Part shown: positions 36,078 through 45,364 of the stretch, in pieces
Position numbering within the stretch: position 1 is the stretch's first letter
Layout: every line of letters begins with the position of its first letter
DNA from: an uncultured Helicobacter sp.
GTDB taxonomy: Bacteria; Campylobacterota; Campylobacteria; Campylobacterales; UBA6016
Reading direction: 5' to 3'
Assembly: GCA_964568395.1 (NCBI GenBank)
Contig: CAZMPN010000001.1
Coordinates: forward strand, 129,133 to 193,132
DNA: 64,000 bases
Notes under the pieces: generated by a model
Database searches by the model: none
Seen by the model: the letters and a program-made list of their open reading frames with translations, nothing else
Told to the model about the DNA's origin: nothing
Made by a program: the position numbers and the translations under genes

Positions 36078-38306
36078 ATGTCTTGCCCCTGCGTAAAGTT
36101 TTTTAAAACCAGATTTGCTTCATATCTTCTGCTCACAATAGGTGTTATGATTAGTATATCCGCCTATATACATCTAAATAAAAATTTTGAAGAGAGAGAG
36201 CGTCTTAGATTTTTGACGGTCACGAAACAGGCTTCGATGCTTGTCAAAAATAGAATGGACGCATATCGCCAAACCTTGTATGCCGGTGCTGGACTGTTTA
36301 ATGCATCAGATAATGTGTCAAGAGCGGAGTGGCGGAGCTTTGTAAAATCTCTCAAAATAGAACAAAACTTTCCAGGGGTGCAAGGGCTTGGCTATAGCGA
36401 AGTGGTGCATCCTCCTGAAAAAGAGAGACATATAGCAAGGATAAGAGCGGAGGGTTTCCCGGATTTTAATATTAAGCCAGTCGGCATAAGGGATATATAC
36501 ACATCTATTATCTATCTAGAGCCTTTTAATGAAAGAAACAAGAGGGCGTTCGGATATGACATGTATTCGGAAGAAGTGCGCAGAGAGGCTTTAAACAGGG
36601 CTGTATTCGGCGGCGGTACGTCTGCGCTAACGGGCAAGGTTCATCTACTTCAAGAGAACAATGTGGACGTGCAGGCCGGTTTTTTGATGTACGTGCCGGT
36701 GTATCGCAAAAATATGCCACTTGATACAAGAGAGCAAAAAATGGCCGCCATACAAGGATTTGTGTACGCTCCGTTTCGTGCCAAGGATTTGATGAGCGGG
36801 GTCATGGGCAATAGATATAAAGATATAGACCTTGAGATTTACGACGGGACTGCTATAGACAAAGCAAATTTGATGTTTGACGCCCATCTCGGCCATGAAG
36901 ACGGCATTGATAGTTCGTTGTCGGATATAGTGTTGTTAAATATAGACGGTAGAACGTGGACGCTTTATTTTAGGCCGCTGAAAGGTTTTTTTGACGAGGG
37001 AAAAAGCAACGAATCGCTATATGTGCTAATAGGCGGCATACTGCTCTCTTTTGCCGTATTTGTGATTATGCTCTCCTTGGTGCGGACAAAAGAGAGGGCA
37101 CAAGAGCTTGCCGAGAGAATAACAAAAGAGCTATCCATATCCGAAGAGAGGCTTAGGTTTGCGCTTGAAGGCTCCGGAGATGGGATATGGGATTGGAATA
37201 TCAAGACAAACGAAGTCTTTTTCTCTAAAAGATGGAAAGAGATGCTTGGCTTTGCGGAGGATGAGATAAGTAATGATATTGAGGAGTGGAAGTCAAGGGT
37301 ATGTACCGACGACGTAGAGAAGGTAAACTCCGATATACAAGCCTATTTTGAAGGCAGGACGCCAATCTATATAAACGAGCATAGAGTCCAAACGAAAGAC
37401 GGCTCATACAAATGGATACTAGACCGCGGAATAGTCGTCGCACGGGATGAGGACGGAAATCCGCTTAGAATGGTAGGTTCCCATACGGATATAACGGCTC
37501 AAAAGGAGGCCGAAGAGAAACTAAAAAGTATAAACGAGCATCTATCAAAAATAGTAGAAGAGGAAACCGCGAAAAGGATAGAAAAAGACAAGTTGCTAAT
37601 TCAACAATCCAAGCTTGCCACGATGGGCGAGATGATAGGAGCCATAGGTCACCAGTGGAGACAACCTCTAAACTCTCTAGGGATTTTGGTGCAGGATACT
37701 ATCTTTGCGTATAAATACGGCGAGCTGGACGAGAAATATCTGGAGCAGTTCAAAGACAATGCGATGCAGATGATCCGTAATATGTCCGGTACGATAGACG
37801 ATTTCAAAAACTTCTTCTCCCCGAATAAAAGAGAGGAGCAGTTTTTTATCGAGGATGCGGTCGCCCAAACTCTCAAAATACTTGAAGCACAGTTCAAAAA
37901 TAACGATATCGAGATAGTTTTTGATTCCGAGAGCATCAGAAAACACTCGTATATATGTTATAAAAACGAGTTAAATCAGGTCATCTTAAATATATTGGCG
38001 AATGCGAAAGACGTACTGCTGGAGAGAAAACCGACGGTGCGCTTTATCAAAATAGACGTTGAAAATAGCGATAACGGCGTAGAAATATCGATTGAGGATT
38101 CGGCAGGCGGAATAGCCGAAGATATTATCGGAAAAGTATTTGATTCGTATTTTACGACAAAAGGCGACGAGAAAGGAACAGGTATAGGTCTTTATATGTC
38201 CAAAAATATTATCGAAGAGCATCTGGGTGGCAAGATATGGGTCGAAAATACGCCAAACGGAGCCAGATTCAAAATATGGCTCCCAAATAAGGAGGTGCAA
38301 GATTAG
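36078..38306 (+). CDS. sensor histidine kinase with periplasmic CHASE-like domain, PAS domain and HisKA/HATPase core
   Basis: 742 aa. It has TM1 near the N-terminus, an approx 280-aa extracytoplasmic domain with CHASE-like blocks (FPGVQGLGYS, YLEPFNERNKRAFGYDM, GFLMYVPVY) and TM2. A PAS domain follows (GIWDWNIKTNEVFFSKRWKEMLGF...DGSYKWILDRG), then the H-box GHQWRQPLNSL and the G-box GTGIGLYMSK. Confidence 0.85.
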   Translation: MSCPCVKFFKTRFASYLLLTIGVMISISAYIHLNKNFEERERLRFLTVTKQASMLVKNRMDAYRQTLYAGAGLFNASDNVSRAEWRSFVKSLKIEQNFPGVQGLGYSEVVHPPEKERHIARIRAEGFPDFNIKPVGIRDIYTSIIYLEPFNERNKRAFGYDMYSEEVRREALNRAVFGGGTSALTGKVHLLQENNVDVQAGFLMYVPVYRKNMPLDTREQKMAAIQGFVYAPFRAKDLMSGVMGNRYKDIDLEIYDGTAIDKANLMFDAHLGHEDGIDSSLSDIVLLNIDGRTWTLYFRPLKGFFDEGKSNESLYVLIGGILLSFAVFVIMLSLVRTKERAQELAERITKELSISEERLRFALEGSGDGIWDWNIKTNEVFFSKRWKEMLGFAEDEISNDIEEWKSRVCTDDVEKVNSDIQAYFEGRTPIYINEHRVQTKDGSYKWILDRGIVVARDEDGNPLRMVGSHTDITAQKEAEEKLKSINEHLSKIVEEETAKRIEKDKLLIQQSKLATMGEMIGAIGHQWRQPLNSLGILVQDTIFAYKYGELDEKYLEQFKDNAMQMIRNMSGTIDDFKNFFSPNKREEQFFIEDAVAQTLKILEAQFKNNDIEIVFDSESIRKHSYICYKNELNQVILNILANAKDVLLERKPTVRFIKIDVENSDNGVEISIEDSAGGIAEDIIGKVFDSYFTTKGDEKGTGIGLYMSKNIIEEHLGGKIWVENTPNGARFKIWLPNKEVQD

Positions 38307-38794
38307 AGCCGACTTAAAAAAGCGGCCTTGACCCTCTCGTAGACTTCGTCGAAATCTATGGAGTAGACCCTGGCGTCACCTATTGCGGTGATAAAGTTCG
38401 TATCCTTGTGCCATCTAGGGAGCAGATGCAGATGTATATGCTCGGCTATTCCGGCGCCGGCGGCGTCTCCTAGGTTCATACCTATGTTGACGCTGTTTGT
38501 GTGAAACTCCTCTTTTAGAGCCGCTACGCCTTTTTGCGCAAGTAGCGCCATATGCTGCCAATGCTCGGCAGGCAAGCTTTCAAGCGAGTCGGTATGCTGA
38601 TGCGGTATTATCATAAAATGCCCCGGCGTATATGGGTATTTATTCATAACCGCAAAACAGACCTCGTCTCTATATAGCACTCTCTGCTCTCTATCCAAAG
38701 ATGGGTTTTGCGAAATTTCGCAAAAAACGCAGCTGCCCTTCTCTTTCTCTTTCACGTACGGCGTCCTCCATGGCGCATATAGGTGTTCCATCAA
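38303..38794 (-). CDS. HIT-family nucleotide hydrolase/transferase
   Basis: 163 aa with the histidine triad HIHLHLLPRW and an N-terminal YAPWR motif, as in Ap4A phosphorylase-like HIT proteins. Confidence 0.85.
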   Translation of the reverse strand: MMEHLYAPWRTPYVKEKEKGSCVFCEISQNPSLDREQRVLYRDEVCFAVMNKYPYTPGHFMIIPHQHTDSLESLPAEHWQHMALLAQKGVAALKEEFHTNSVNIGMNLGDAAGAGIAEHIHLHLLPRWHKDTNFITAIGDARVYSIDFDEVYERVKAAFLSRL

Positions 38795-40233
38795 ATATAT
38801 CCCGGCGCGTCGTTTGCGAAGTAGACTATGGAGTTATGGGCCGTTTTGTCTTTTAGGAGGTTTTGCAGCTCGTCCTTGTTGGACAAAAATATCTTTTCGC
38901 ACTTTTGCAGGTTTTTGTCGAACAGCTTTTTGTTGAGCTCCCCCGTAATTATCGCTATATCGAACGTATCGTCTATAAGCTTGGCAAGTTCTTCGTTTAG
39001 CTCGTCCCTGCTCTCGACAAGCCCGCACGTCACTATTACTTTTTGGTTTGGATGGGTGCGGCACAGCTCTATACCCTCTTTTATGCCGTCGAGATTGCCG
39101 TTGAAGCTGTCGTCCAGGATTATCTTTTCGCCTACGACTATTTTTTGCAGGCGGTGCGGTACGCTAGGCAGGCTTTGTGCCGCCCGCTGTATGCTCTCTA
39201 TGTCCATACCGAGCTCATGCGCCAAAAGTACGGCCGCGGCTATGTTTATCGCATTGAATGCGCCAAGAATATTCGGCGCTTCAAACCTATGGTCGGCTCC
39301 GCCAAATTCTAGGTCAAAAGAGACACCATCCAGCGTTGAGACGGCATTTTTTATTTTGGCGCCTTCTTTAAAACCGAAAACGGTTATGTTTTCCCCGTTG
39401 GCGCCGCTATTTTCGTATGCAAACGCTTTTTTTAGCTTCGCCGATTTTAGGATTTCGGACTTCGTGGCTTTGATGTTTTCGAGCGTCTTGAAATACTCTA
39501 TGTGCGCTTCGCCGATTTTGCCTATGATGGAGTAGTGCGGCTGTACGAGGCTCGCTATCTCCTCTATATCCCCGGCCTGTCTCGCCCCGGCTTCCACTAT
39601 GTATATCTGGGTATCTTGCGGCAAATTGTCGTTTATGTCTTTGATGATGCCGATCTTTGTGTTTACGCTGGCGGGAGTGGCGTATACCTTGAATTTTTTG
39701 GAGAGGATGTGCGCCGCGAAGTTTTTGATGCTTGTTTTACCAAAGCTTGCGGTTATGGCCACTACCGTCGGGTCTATCTGCGATAGCTTGGCCGTCGCCG
39801 CCTTCTCGAAGCTCGCCGCAATCTGCGCCTCAAGCCTGGTCGATAGATAAAACGAAGCCGCGATTGAAAAAATCAGTACGGCGATCTGCGCCTCTTGATG
39901 CAAAAGAAACGCCGGAGGCAGCAAGAGCCCTGCGAAAATAGCGCAAAACCTTTTTATTCTGGCGGTAAATACGAGCTTTTTATCTAGCTTTTTGACCCAT
40001 GAGGCGAAGAAGACGGTGTATATAGCGAGGTATAGCCCAGCCCATATAGGTTTTTCGGCGATACTGGTAATAGCCACTACCGCTACGGGAAGAGCGAAAT
40101 AGTATATGTGCCATATAGGTTTGGAGAAGTTGGATACGACTCTTTTTATTTTGTACGAATACCACTGAAGCGCCGTTGCGAAGTAGTAGAAAATGAGAGT
40201 TGCCTGGATAATGAACAAGATTTTTTGCGCCAT
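38791..40233 (-). CDS. murF: UDP-MurNAc-tripeptide--D-Ala-D-Ala ligase with hydrophobic N-terminal extension
   Basis: 480 aa. It has a Mur-ligase P-loop ITASFGKTSIKNF at about residue 163, a central domain (IVEAGARQAGDI) and a C-terminal PHRLQ...DDSFNGN. The first approx 130 aa form about 4 TM helices. Confidence 0.85.
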   Translation of the reverse strand: MAQKILFIIQATLIFYYFATALQWYSYKIKRVVSNFSKPIWHIYYFALPVAVVAITSIAEKPIWAGLYLAIYTVFFASWVKKLDKKLVFTARIKRFCAIFAGLLLPPAFLLHQEAQIAVLIFSIAASFYLSTRLEAQIAASFEKAATAKLSQIDPTVVAITASFGKTSIKNFAAHILSKKFKVYATPASVNTKIGIIKDINDNLPQDTQIYIVEAGARQAGDIEEIASLVQPHYSIIGKIGEAHIEYFKTLENIKATKSEILKSAKLKKAFAYENSGANGENITVFGFKEGAKIKNAVSTLDGVSFDLEFGGADHRFEAPNILGAFNAINIAAAVLLAHELGMDIESIQRAAQSLPSVPHRLQKIVVGEKIILDDSFNGNLDGIKEGIELCRTHPNQKVIVTCGLVESRDELNEELAKLIDDTFDIAIITGELNKKLFDKNLQKCEKIFLSNKDELQNLLKDKTAHNSIVYFANDAPGYI

Positions 40234-40331
40234 ATTTCGCTCTCTTTATACTGTTATTTAAAATAGTGTAGAATTTATAAAATATCGTTATTTTAGCCTT
40301 TTAGCTTTTAATGTACAAAGGGTTTTGCCAT

Positions 40332-41159
40332 ATGAATGATTCGCTATTATCGAAGATAAAGACGCTGCCTCCCCTGCCTGAGACCGTTACGCAGATCCAG
40401 AGGATTTGCGCCGATCCGGAGAGCTCCGTCGGAGATCTCATAAAAGTCGTCGAGAAAGACCCTATGATTACGGCAAATCTGCTTAAAGCCGCAAATTCGC
40501 CGTTTTACGGTTTTAGCAGGGAGATAAAGACCGTATCGCAAGCGGTATCGCTGTTTGGCATGTCTACAGTGAAGGGCCTCGCTCTCTCCGGAGCCGTCAA
40601 AAAACTTCTAAGCGTAGACCTCGAGCCGTACGGCATTACGCCGCAAGCTTTTGCCGATATATCGAGCCTCCAAAACGCATTGATGCAGACTTGGTATACA
40701 AAAATAGACAGGAGCAAGATGGATATTCTCTCCGTAGCCAGCTTTTTGCAGGAGACCGGAAAGATAATCATAGCCCAAGAGATAGCAAAAGAGGGCAAGG
40801 CGGCGGACTTTAAGGCCGCTATTGCGGAAGGCAGAAATATTACGGACGTGGAAAAGGAGTTTCTTGGAGAGACCACCGCCACCGTGACGGCCGCTATATT
40901 CGAGCATTGGAGATTTGAAGAGGGTCTGATAGAGGCTATAAAATACTCCGATTCTCCGCTGGAGGCTCCAGAGGCTACCGCTCCTTACTCTATTGCGCTA
41001 TGTATCGTCAAAACTGCGTTGCAGCCTCTGAATACATTCGGCGAGGAGCATTTCGAGCAAGCAATCATAAAGGCCAAGCTGTTCGGACTTGACGAATCCG
41101 TTTTATCCGAAGCGCTGAATACCTTTAAAGAGAGAAGGGCGGCGGCTTCACACTCTTAA
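40332..41159 (+). CDS. HDOD-domain signalling protein
   Basis: Taken from the ATG at 40332: [61 protein letters not shown]... This is the typical HDOD N-terminus. Confidence 0.8.
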   Translation: MNDSLLSKIKTLPPLPETVTQIQRICADPESSVGDLIKVVEKDPMITANLLKAANSPFYGFSREIKTVSQAVSLFGMSTVKGLALSGAVKKLLSVDLEPYGITPQAFADISSLQNALMQTWYTKIDRSKMDILSVASFLQETGKIIIAQEIAKEGKAADFKAAIAEGRNITDVEKEFLGETTATVTAAIFEHWRFEEGLIEAIKYSDSPLEAPEATAPYSIALCIVKTALQPLNTFGEEHFEQAIIKAKLFGLDESVLSEALNTFKERRAAASHS

Positions 41160-43124
41160 TTTAGAGATTTCGTCCCTCAGTCTTGCCGCCTCTTCGAACT
41201 CCAGTTCTTTGGCGGCTTTATGCATTCTCATGGTCAGCTCTTTGATGATGACATCCCTCTCTGCTTTGGGAAGCTTCGCATTCCTTTTTTTCATCTCCAG
41301 GGACGATACGCTCTCATCCTCCATCTTTAGGCTCTCATCCAGTTTCCGCACCGTGCTCTTAGGCGTTATCCCGTGTTCTTTGTTGTAGGCGTCCTGTTTT
41401 TCGCGTCTTGCGTTTGTCGTATCTATCGCCCTTCTCATCGATTCGGTCATCTTGTCCGCAAAGAGCAATACTCGTCCGTTGAGGTTTCTGGCGGCCCGCC
41501 CTATAGTCTGTATGAGGCTGGTCTCGGAGCGCAAAAAGCCCTCTTTGTCGGCGTCGAATATGCCTATCAGCGAGACCTCCGGAATATCTAGCCCCTCCCT
41601 AAGCAGATTGATGCCTACAAGCAGATCAAACTCCCCTCGCCTTAGTCCTCTGATAATCTCGGTTCGCTCTACCGTATCGATGTCCGAGTGCATATATTTG
41701 ACCTTCATTCCAAGGTCGTTTAGATATTTCGTCAACTCTTCCGCCATCTTTTTGGTTAGCACCGTGGCTAGCACCTTTTCACCTCTGGCTATCGTCTTTT
41801 TGGCCTCATCGTGGAATATCTCCACCTGCCTTGACGCCGGATGTATCTCCACTACCGGGTCTAGAAGCCCCGTAGGCCTTACTATCTGCGTAGCGACATT
41901 GTCTTTTGACAGCTCCAGCTCAAGCTCGGCCGGAGTCGCGGATACGAAGAGATAGTGAGGGGCTTTGTTTATAAACTCGTCAAACTTTAGCGGCCTGTTG
42001 TCAAGGGCGCTAGGAAGCCTAAAGCCATACTCCACCAGGGTCTCCTTTCGGCTCCTATCTCCGGCGTACATCCCGCGAAACTGCGGAAGGCTGACGTGAC
42101 TTTCGTCCACGATAACGAGATAGTCCTTGCCCATCGCCTCGAAATAATCCATCATCGAATACGGAGTCTCGCCGGGGCCTTTGCCGGTTAGATACCTTGA
42201 GTAGTTCTCTATCCCCTTGCACATTCCCGTAGACTCCATCATCTCGAGGTCAAACTCGACTCTTTGTTTTAGTCTTTGGTATTCGACAAGCTTGTTCTCT
42301 TTGAGAAAATAGTCAAGCCTCTCCCCAAGCTCCTCTTCTATCTGCTTTATCGCGTTTGCGAGACGGTGGTGGCCTACGATGTAGTTGCTTGCGGCGTATA
42401 GCGTAAATGCGCTCAAATCTTTTGTTTTTTTATTTGTAAGCGGGTCAAACTCATATATCTTTTCGCATTCGTCCCCGAAAAACTCTATTCTGACCGCCAC
42501 GTCCTCGTAGTAGGCCGGAAATATATCTACCGCTTCGCCTTTGACCCTGAAGTCGCCGCGGTCGAAGAAGTTGTCGTTTCGCTTGTATCCCATCTCTACC
42601 AGCTTTAGTAGAAACTCCCTTTGCGAATACTCCATACCAAGTTCCACCGTCTGCACCTGCGTGCGATACTCCGCCGGGTCGCCGAGTCCGTAGTTGGCCG
42701 ATACCGAGGCTACGACGATACAGTCGTCGAATTGCAGTAGGCTTGCCGTCGCGGATAGTCTTAGCCGCTCCAGCTCGTCGTTGATTGAGCTGTCTTTCTC
42801 GATGAACAGGTCTTGTCTTGGGATATAAGCTTCAGGCTGATAGTAGTCGTAGTAGCTGATGAAATACTCTACGTGGTTTTTCGGGAAAAAGGCCTTGAAT
42901 TCGCTGTACAGCTGCGCGGCAAGCGTTTTGTTGTGCGTCATTATAAGGGTCGGTATCTGGAGCGTCTCTATGATGTTCGCCATCGTGAAAGTCTTGCCGC
43001 TTCCGGTGACTCCGAGCAGGGTCTGGTATCTGTTCCCCTCTTTTATGCTTGATGAGAGTTTTTTTATCGCTCCGGGCTGGTCGCCCGAAGGTTTCATGTC
43101 TGCAACTATCTCAAATCTTGCCAT
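41148..43124 (-). CDS. uvrB: excinuclease ABC subunit B
   Basis: 658 aa with Walker [13 protein letters not shown], helicase motifs and a C-terminal UVR domain ([12 protein letters not shown]). Confidence 0.98.
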   Translation of the reverse strand: MARFEIVADMKPSGDQPGAIKKLSSSIKEGNRYQTLLGVTGSGKTFTMANIIETLQIPTLIMTHNKTLAAQLYSEFKAFFPKNHVEYFISYYDYYQPEAYIPRQDLFIEKDSSINDELERLRLSATASLLQFDDCIVVASVSANYGLGDPAEYRTQVQTVELGMEYSQREFLLKLVEMGYKRNDNFFDRGDFRVKGEAVDIFPAYYEDVAVRIEFFGDECEKIYEFDPLTNKKTKDLSAFTLYAASNYIVGHHRLANAIKQIEEELGERLDYFLKENKLVEYQRLKQRVEFDLEMMESTGMCKGIENYSRYLTGKGPGETPYSMMDYFEAMGKDYLVIVDESHVSLPQFRGMYAGDRSRKETLVEYGFRLPSALDNRPLKFDEFINKAPHYLFVSATPAELELELSKDNVATQIVRPTGLLDPVVEIHPASRQVEIFHDEAKKTIARGEKVLATVLTKKMAEELTKYLNDLGMKVKYMHSDIDTVERTEIIRGLRRGEFDLLVGINLLREGLDIPEVSLIGIFDADKEGFLRSETSLIQTIGRAARNLNGRVLLFADKMTESMRRAIDTTNARREKQDAYNKEHGITPKSTVRKLDESLKMEDESVSSLEMKKRNAKLPKAERDVIIKELTMRMHKAAKELEFEEAARLRDEISKLRV

Positions 43125-43213
43125 TTTTGCGCCACTTTTTGCCGTTTTTTTCGTATTTACATTATAACGAAGCTTTGATATAATGAGTTTCAGACACTAC
43201 CAAAGCGCTAAAA

Positions 43214-43420
43214 ATGGAAGCAATAGAGAAGCTAAAATTACAGATAGAAAGTCTTTTGCAAAAGCTGGAACTCTTAAGAGAGGAGAACTCCGACCTTAGA
43301 ACAAAGGCTATAAAAACGGAGTCCGAGAATAGGGCTAAGGACGAGTATATAAAGGCTTTGGAGCACAAAATCGCATCAATTGAGAACAATGAGATAAAAA
43401 GCTTGGACGCGAAAGGCTAA
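43214..43420 (+). CDS. small coiled-coil protein (ZapB-like)
   Basis: 68 aa and entirely heptad-repeat (LKLQIESLLQKLELLREENSDLR). The functional assignment is tentative. Confidence 0.4.
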   Translation: MEAIEKLKLQIESLLQKLELLREENSDLRTKAIKTESENRAKDEYIKALEHKIASIENNEIKSLDAKG

Positions 43421-43426
43421 AAGGTT

Positions 43427-43660
43427 ATGCAAAAACTGACTCTAATCGTTAACGGCTCGGCGTTCGAGATAACTTTGGCGGACAGCTATGCCGAAGCGTT
43501 CAAGGATGAGATATCAAAAGATCTGAATCTGCAAGAGGACAACTCTGTTAAAACGCTTTTGTATGCGTTTATGAAAAAAAACTACGAGATATTGGAGCTC
43601 AAAAGAGAGCTTGAAAAGATCTCCGGGGAGCTTGACGATAAGCTGGGCAGGCTTTTTTAG
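43427..43660 (+). CDS. small hypothetical protein (ZapA-like N-terminus plus coiled coil)
   Basis: 77 aa. LTLIVNGSAFEITLADSYAEAFKDEI resembles the ZapA N-terminal beta-strand pattern, and the C-terminus is a coiled coil. Confidence 0.35.
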   Translation: MQKLTLIVNGSAFEITLADSYAEAFKDEISKDLNLQEDNSVKTLLYAFMKKNYEILELKRELEKISGELDDKLGRLF

Positions 43661-43671
43661 CCCGCCGTTTC

Positions 43672-43998
43672 TTAAGAGGCTTTCTGCTCGTTCGCGAGCC
43701 TGCTCAGATATCTCTGCTTTCGAAGCTTTTTATCGCTTTTCGACAGTTTACAGAGATTTGTTCCCGCCTCGTACATCATAAGACCGCTCTCCAGCGAATA
43801 GACCCTTTTTTTTGAATCCCCGAACGTTACCTCTATAGTTTGATGGTCGAGTATTACTTTTTTGATTCCGTTAAACTCGTTTAGCGGTATCCGTAGGATT
43901 TTCGTTTCGTTTTTGTAGATTTGAAGGAAGCTGTTCGTAGTTTTGTAGCTGATTTCACTTTCGCTCACATGCCGCTCCTGCCCGTGTTTAGAAAACAC
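43672..43998 (-). CDS. hypothetical protein
   Basis: 108 aa with a GTG start and a basic C-terminal tail. I recognise no motif. Confidence 0.4.
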   Translation of the reverse strand: MFSKHGQERHVSESEISYKTTNSFLQIYKNETKILRIPLNEFNGIKKVILDHQTIEVTFGDSKKRVYSLESGLMMYEAGTNLCKLSKSDKKLRKQRYLSRLANEQKAS

Positions 43999-44106
43999 CT
44001 TATAGTACTCTATCGTTTATAAAATAGCAATCTTCGTTCCGCAAAACTCTGTTTAAAAACCGTCACAAAACTCATCTAAAATCGACACAAAAAACAGAGG
44101 GTTTTT

Positions 44107-44838
44107 GTGAACTTCAAATCGGTATTTATATCCGACATTCACCTTGGGACAAACGATTGCCAAGCCGAAAAACTGCTTGATTTCATAAAGGAGATCGAGT
44201 GCGAAAATCTTTTTTTGGTCGGCGACATCATAGACGGATGGGAGCTTCGCCGCTCTTTTAGATGGAAACAGAGCCACTCCGACGTGCTCCAAAAGCTGCT
44301 CAGAAAAGCCCGTAAAGGGACGAATGTCTACTATATCCTAGGCAACCACGACGACTTTTTGGGCGGATTTTTGCCGATTACGATGGGCGAGCATCTGAGC
44401 GTACATAGGGAGTTTATGTATAAAAGCGCAAGCGGCAAGGAGTATCTGGTAACGCACGGCGATATGTTCGACGCCGTGACGATGACGAAAAAATGGCTGG
44501 CGCTCGTAGGGGACAAAAGCTACCTGTTTTTGCTGAAGATAAACCGTCCGCTTAACTTTGTGCGGCGCAAAATGGGACTTGGGCACTGGTCGCTCTCCAA
44601 ATATATGAAAAAGAACGTCAAAAAAGCCGTCAGCTATATATGCGACTACGAGCAGGTGCTCTCCGGGTACGCGGACTCCAAGGGCGTCGACGGCGTAATA
44701 TGCGGACATATACACGAGGCCGAGATAAAGATGATAGGCCGCGTAGAATACCTAAACTGCGGCGACTGGGTGGAGTCTTGTACGGCGATAGTGGAGCATC
44801 TGGACGGTAGATTCGAGGTTTACGATGCGACTCGTTAA
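44107..44838 (+). CDS. lpxH: LpxH-type calcineurin-like metallophosphoesterase (UDP-2,3-diacylglucosamine diphosphatase family)
   Basis: 243 aa with a GTG start after AGAGGG. It has metallophosphoesterase motifs SDIHLG, GDIIDGW, GNHDDF, THGD and GHIH, plus the CGDW tail seen in the LpxH group. Confidence 0.7.
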   Translation: MNFKSVFISDIHLGTNDCQAEKLLDFIKEIECENLFLVGDIIDGWELRRSFRWKQSHSDVLQKLLRKARKGTNVYYILGNHDDFLGGFLPITMGEHLSVHREFMYKSASGKEYLVTHGDMFDAVTMTKKWLALVGDKSYLFLLKINRPLNFVRRKMGLGHWSLSKYMKKNVKKAVSYICDYEQVLSGYADSKGVDGVICGHIHEAEIKMIGRVEYLNCGDWVESCTAIVEHLDGRFEVYDATR

Positions 44839-45364
44839 GCTCTCGATGGTGTTTTACAAGGGCGAAGGCAGCGTGGCGGACAAGATGATACGGTTTTGGA
44901 CTAAAAGCCCGCTCTCCCACTCTGAGATCGAGACTCTGGACGGATATTACTGCTCCAACGACCCAAAAACGAGAGTGCTTAGGCTTGAAAAGCTCAGTAT
45001 CGAAAACGGGGATTGGGAGATATGTCTTGTGGTTTTGCCAATCGAGATAGCGAGAAGTCTGCGTTCGTACCAGCTTGGAAAGTGCGGCACGAAGTATGAT
45101 TGGGAGGGGATACTCTTTTCCCAGTTTTTTAAATTAGGGATTAGCGCAAAAAAGAGATGGTTTTGTTCAAAAAGCAATCTTGACGATATGCAGACGGCTA
45201 TAAAAATGATGAGGGCCCAAAATAGGGACGGCAGGTATGATAGGTTTTTGGCGGCGTATGAGCCTTTTATGCGACACGCTCCGCAAAACGTGTCGCCGGC
45301 AAAACTGCATCTGCTGGCGCGCGAATGCGAAAAACGACTAAGAGGCTATAATCTCCTCGATTAG
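44825..45364 (+). CDS. hypothetical protein, possible permuted papain-fold (YiiX/C92-like NlpC/P60 superfamily) amidase
   Basis: 179 aa with a 14-nt overlap with the lpxH-type gene. The motif order SHSEI ... KYDWEGI ... WFCSKS mimics the His...Cys permuted arrangement of YiiX-type proteins. This is tentative. Confidence 0.4.
   Translation: MRLVKLSMVFYKGEGSVADKMIRFWTKSPLSHSEIETLDGYYCSNDPKTRVLRLEKLSIENGDWEICLVVLPIEIARSLRSYQLGKCGTKYDWEGILFSQFFKLGISAKKRWFCSKSNLDDMQTAIKMMRAQNRDGRYDRFLAAYEPFMRHAPQNVSPAKLHLLARECEKRLRGYNLLD

Noticed and set aside
38828-39535. 235-aa plus-strand ORF inside murF (similar cases at 1545-2063 in recA, 45477-46169 in recJ, 50899-51618 in mnmG, 55366-56016 in accA and 34011-34679 in the AEC gene)
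   Set aside because: All are antisense to genes with unmistakable conserved motifs. They encode Ser/Leu/Phe/Arg-rich low-information sequences, which are typical shadow ORFs.
44053-44292. 79-aa minus-strand ORF overlapping the start of the lpxH-type gene
   Set aside because: It overlaps the metallophosphoesterase motifs of the plus-strand gene (SDIHLG, GDIIDGW). It has no motif or RBS of its own.
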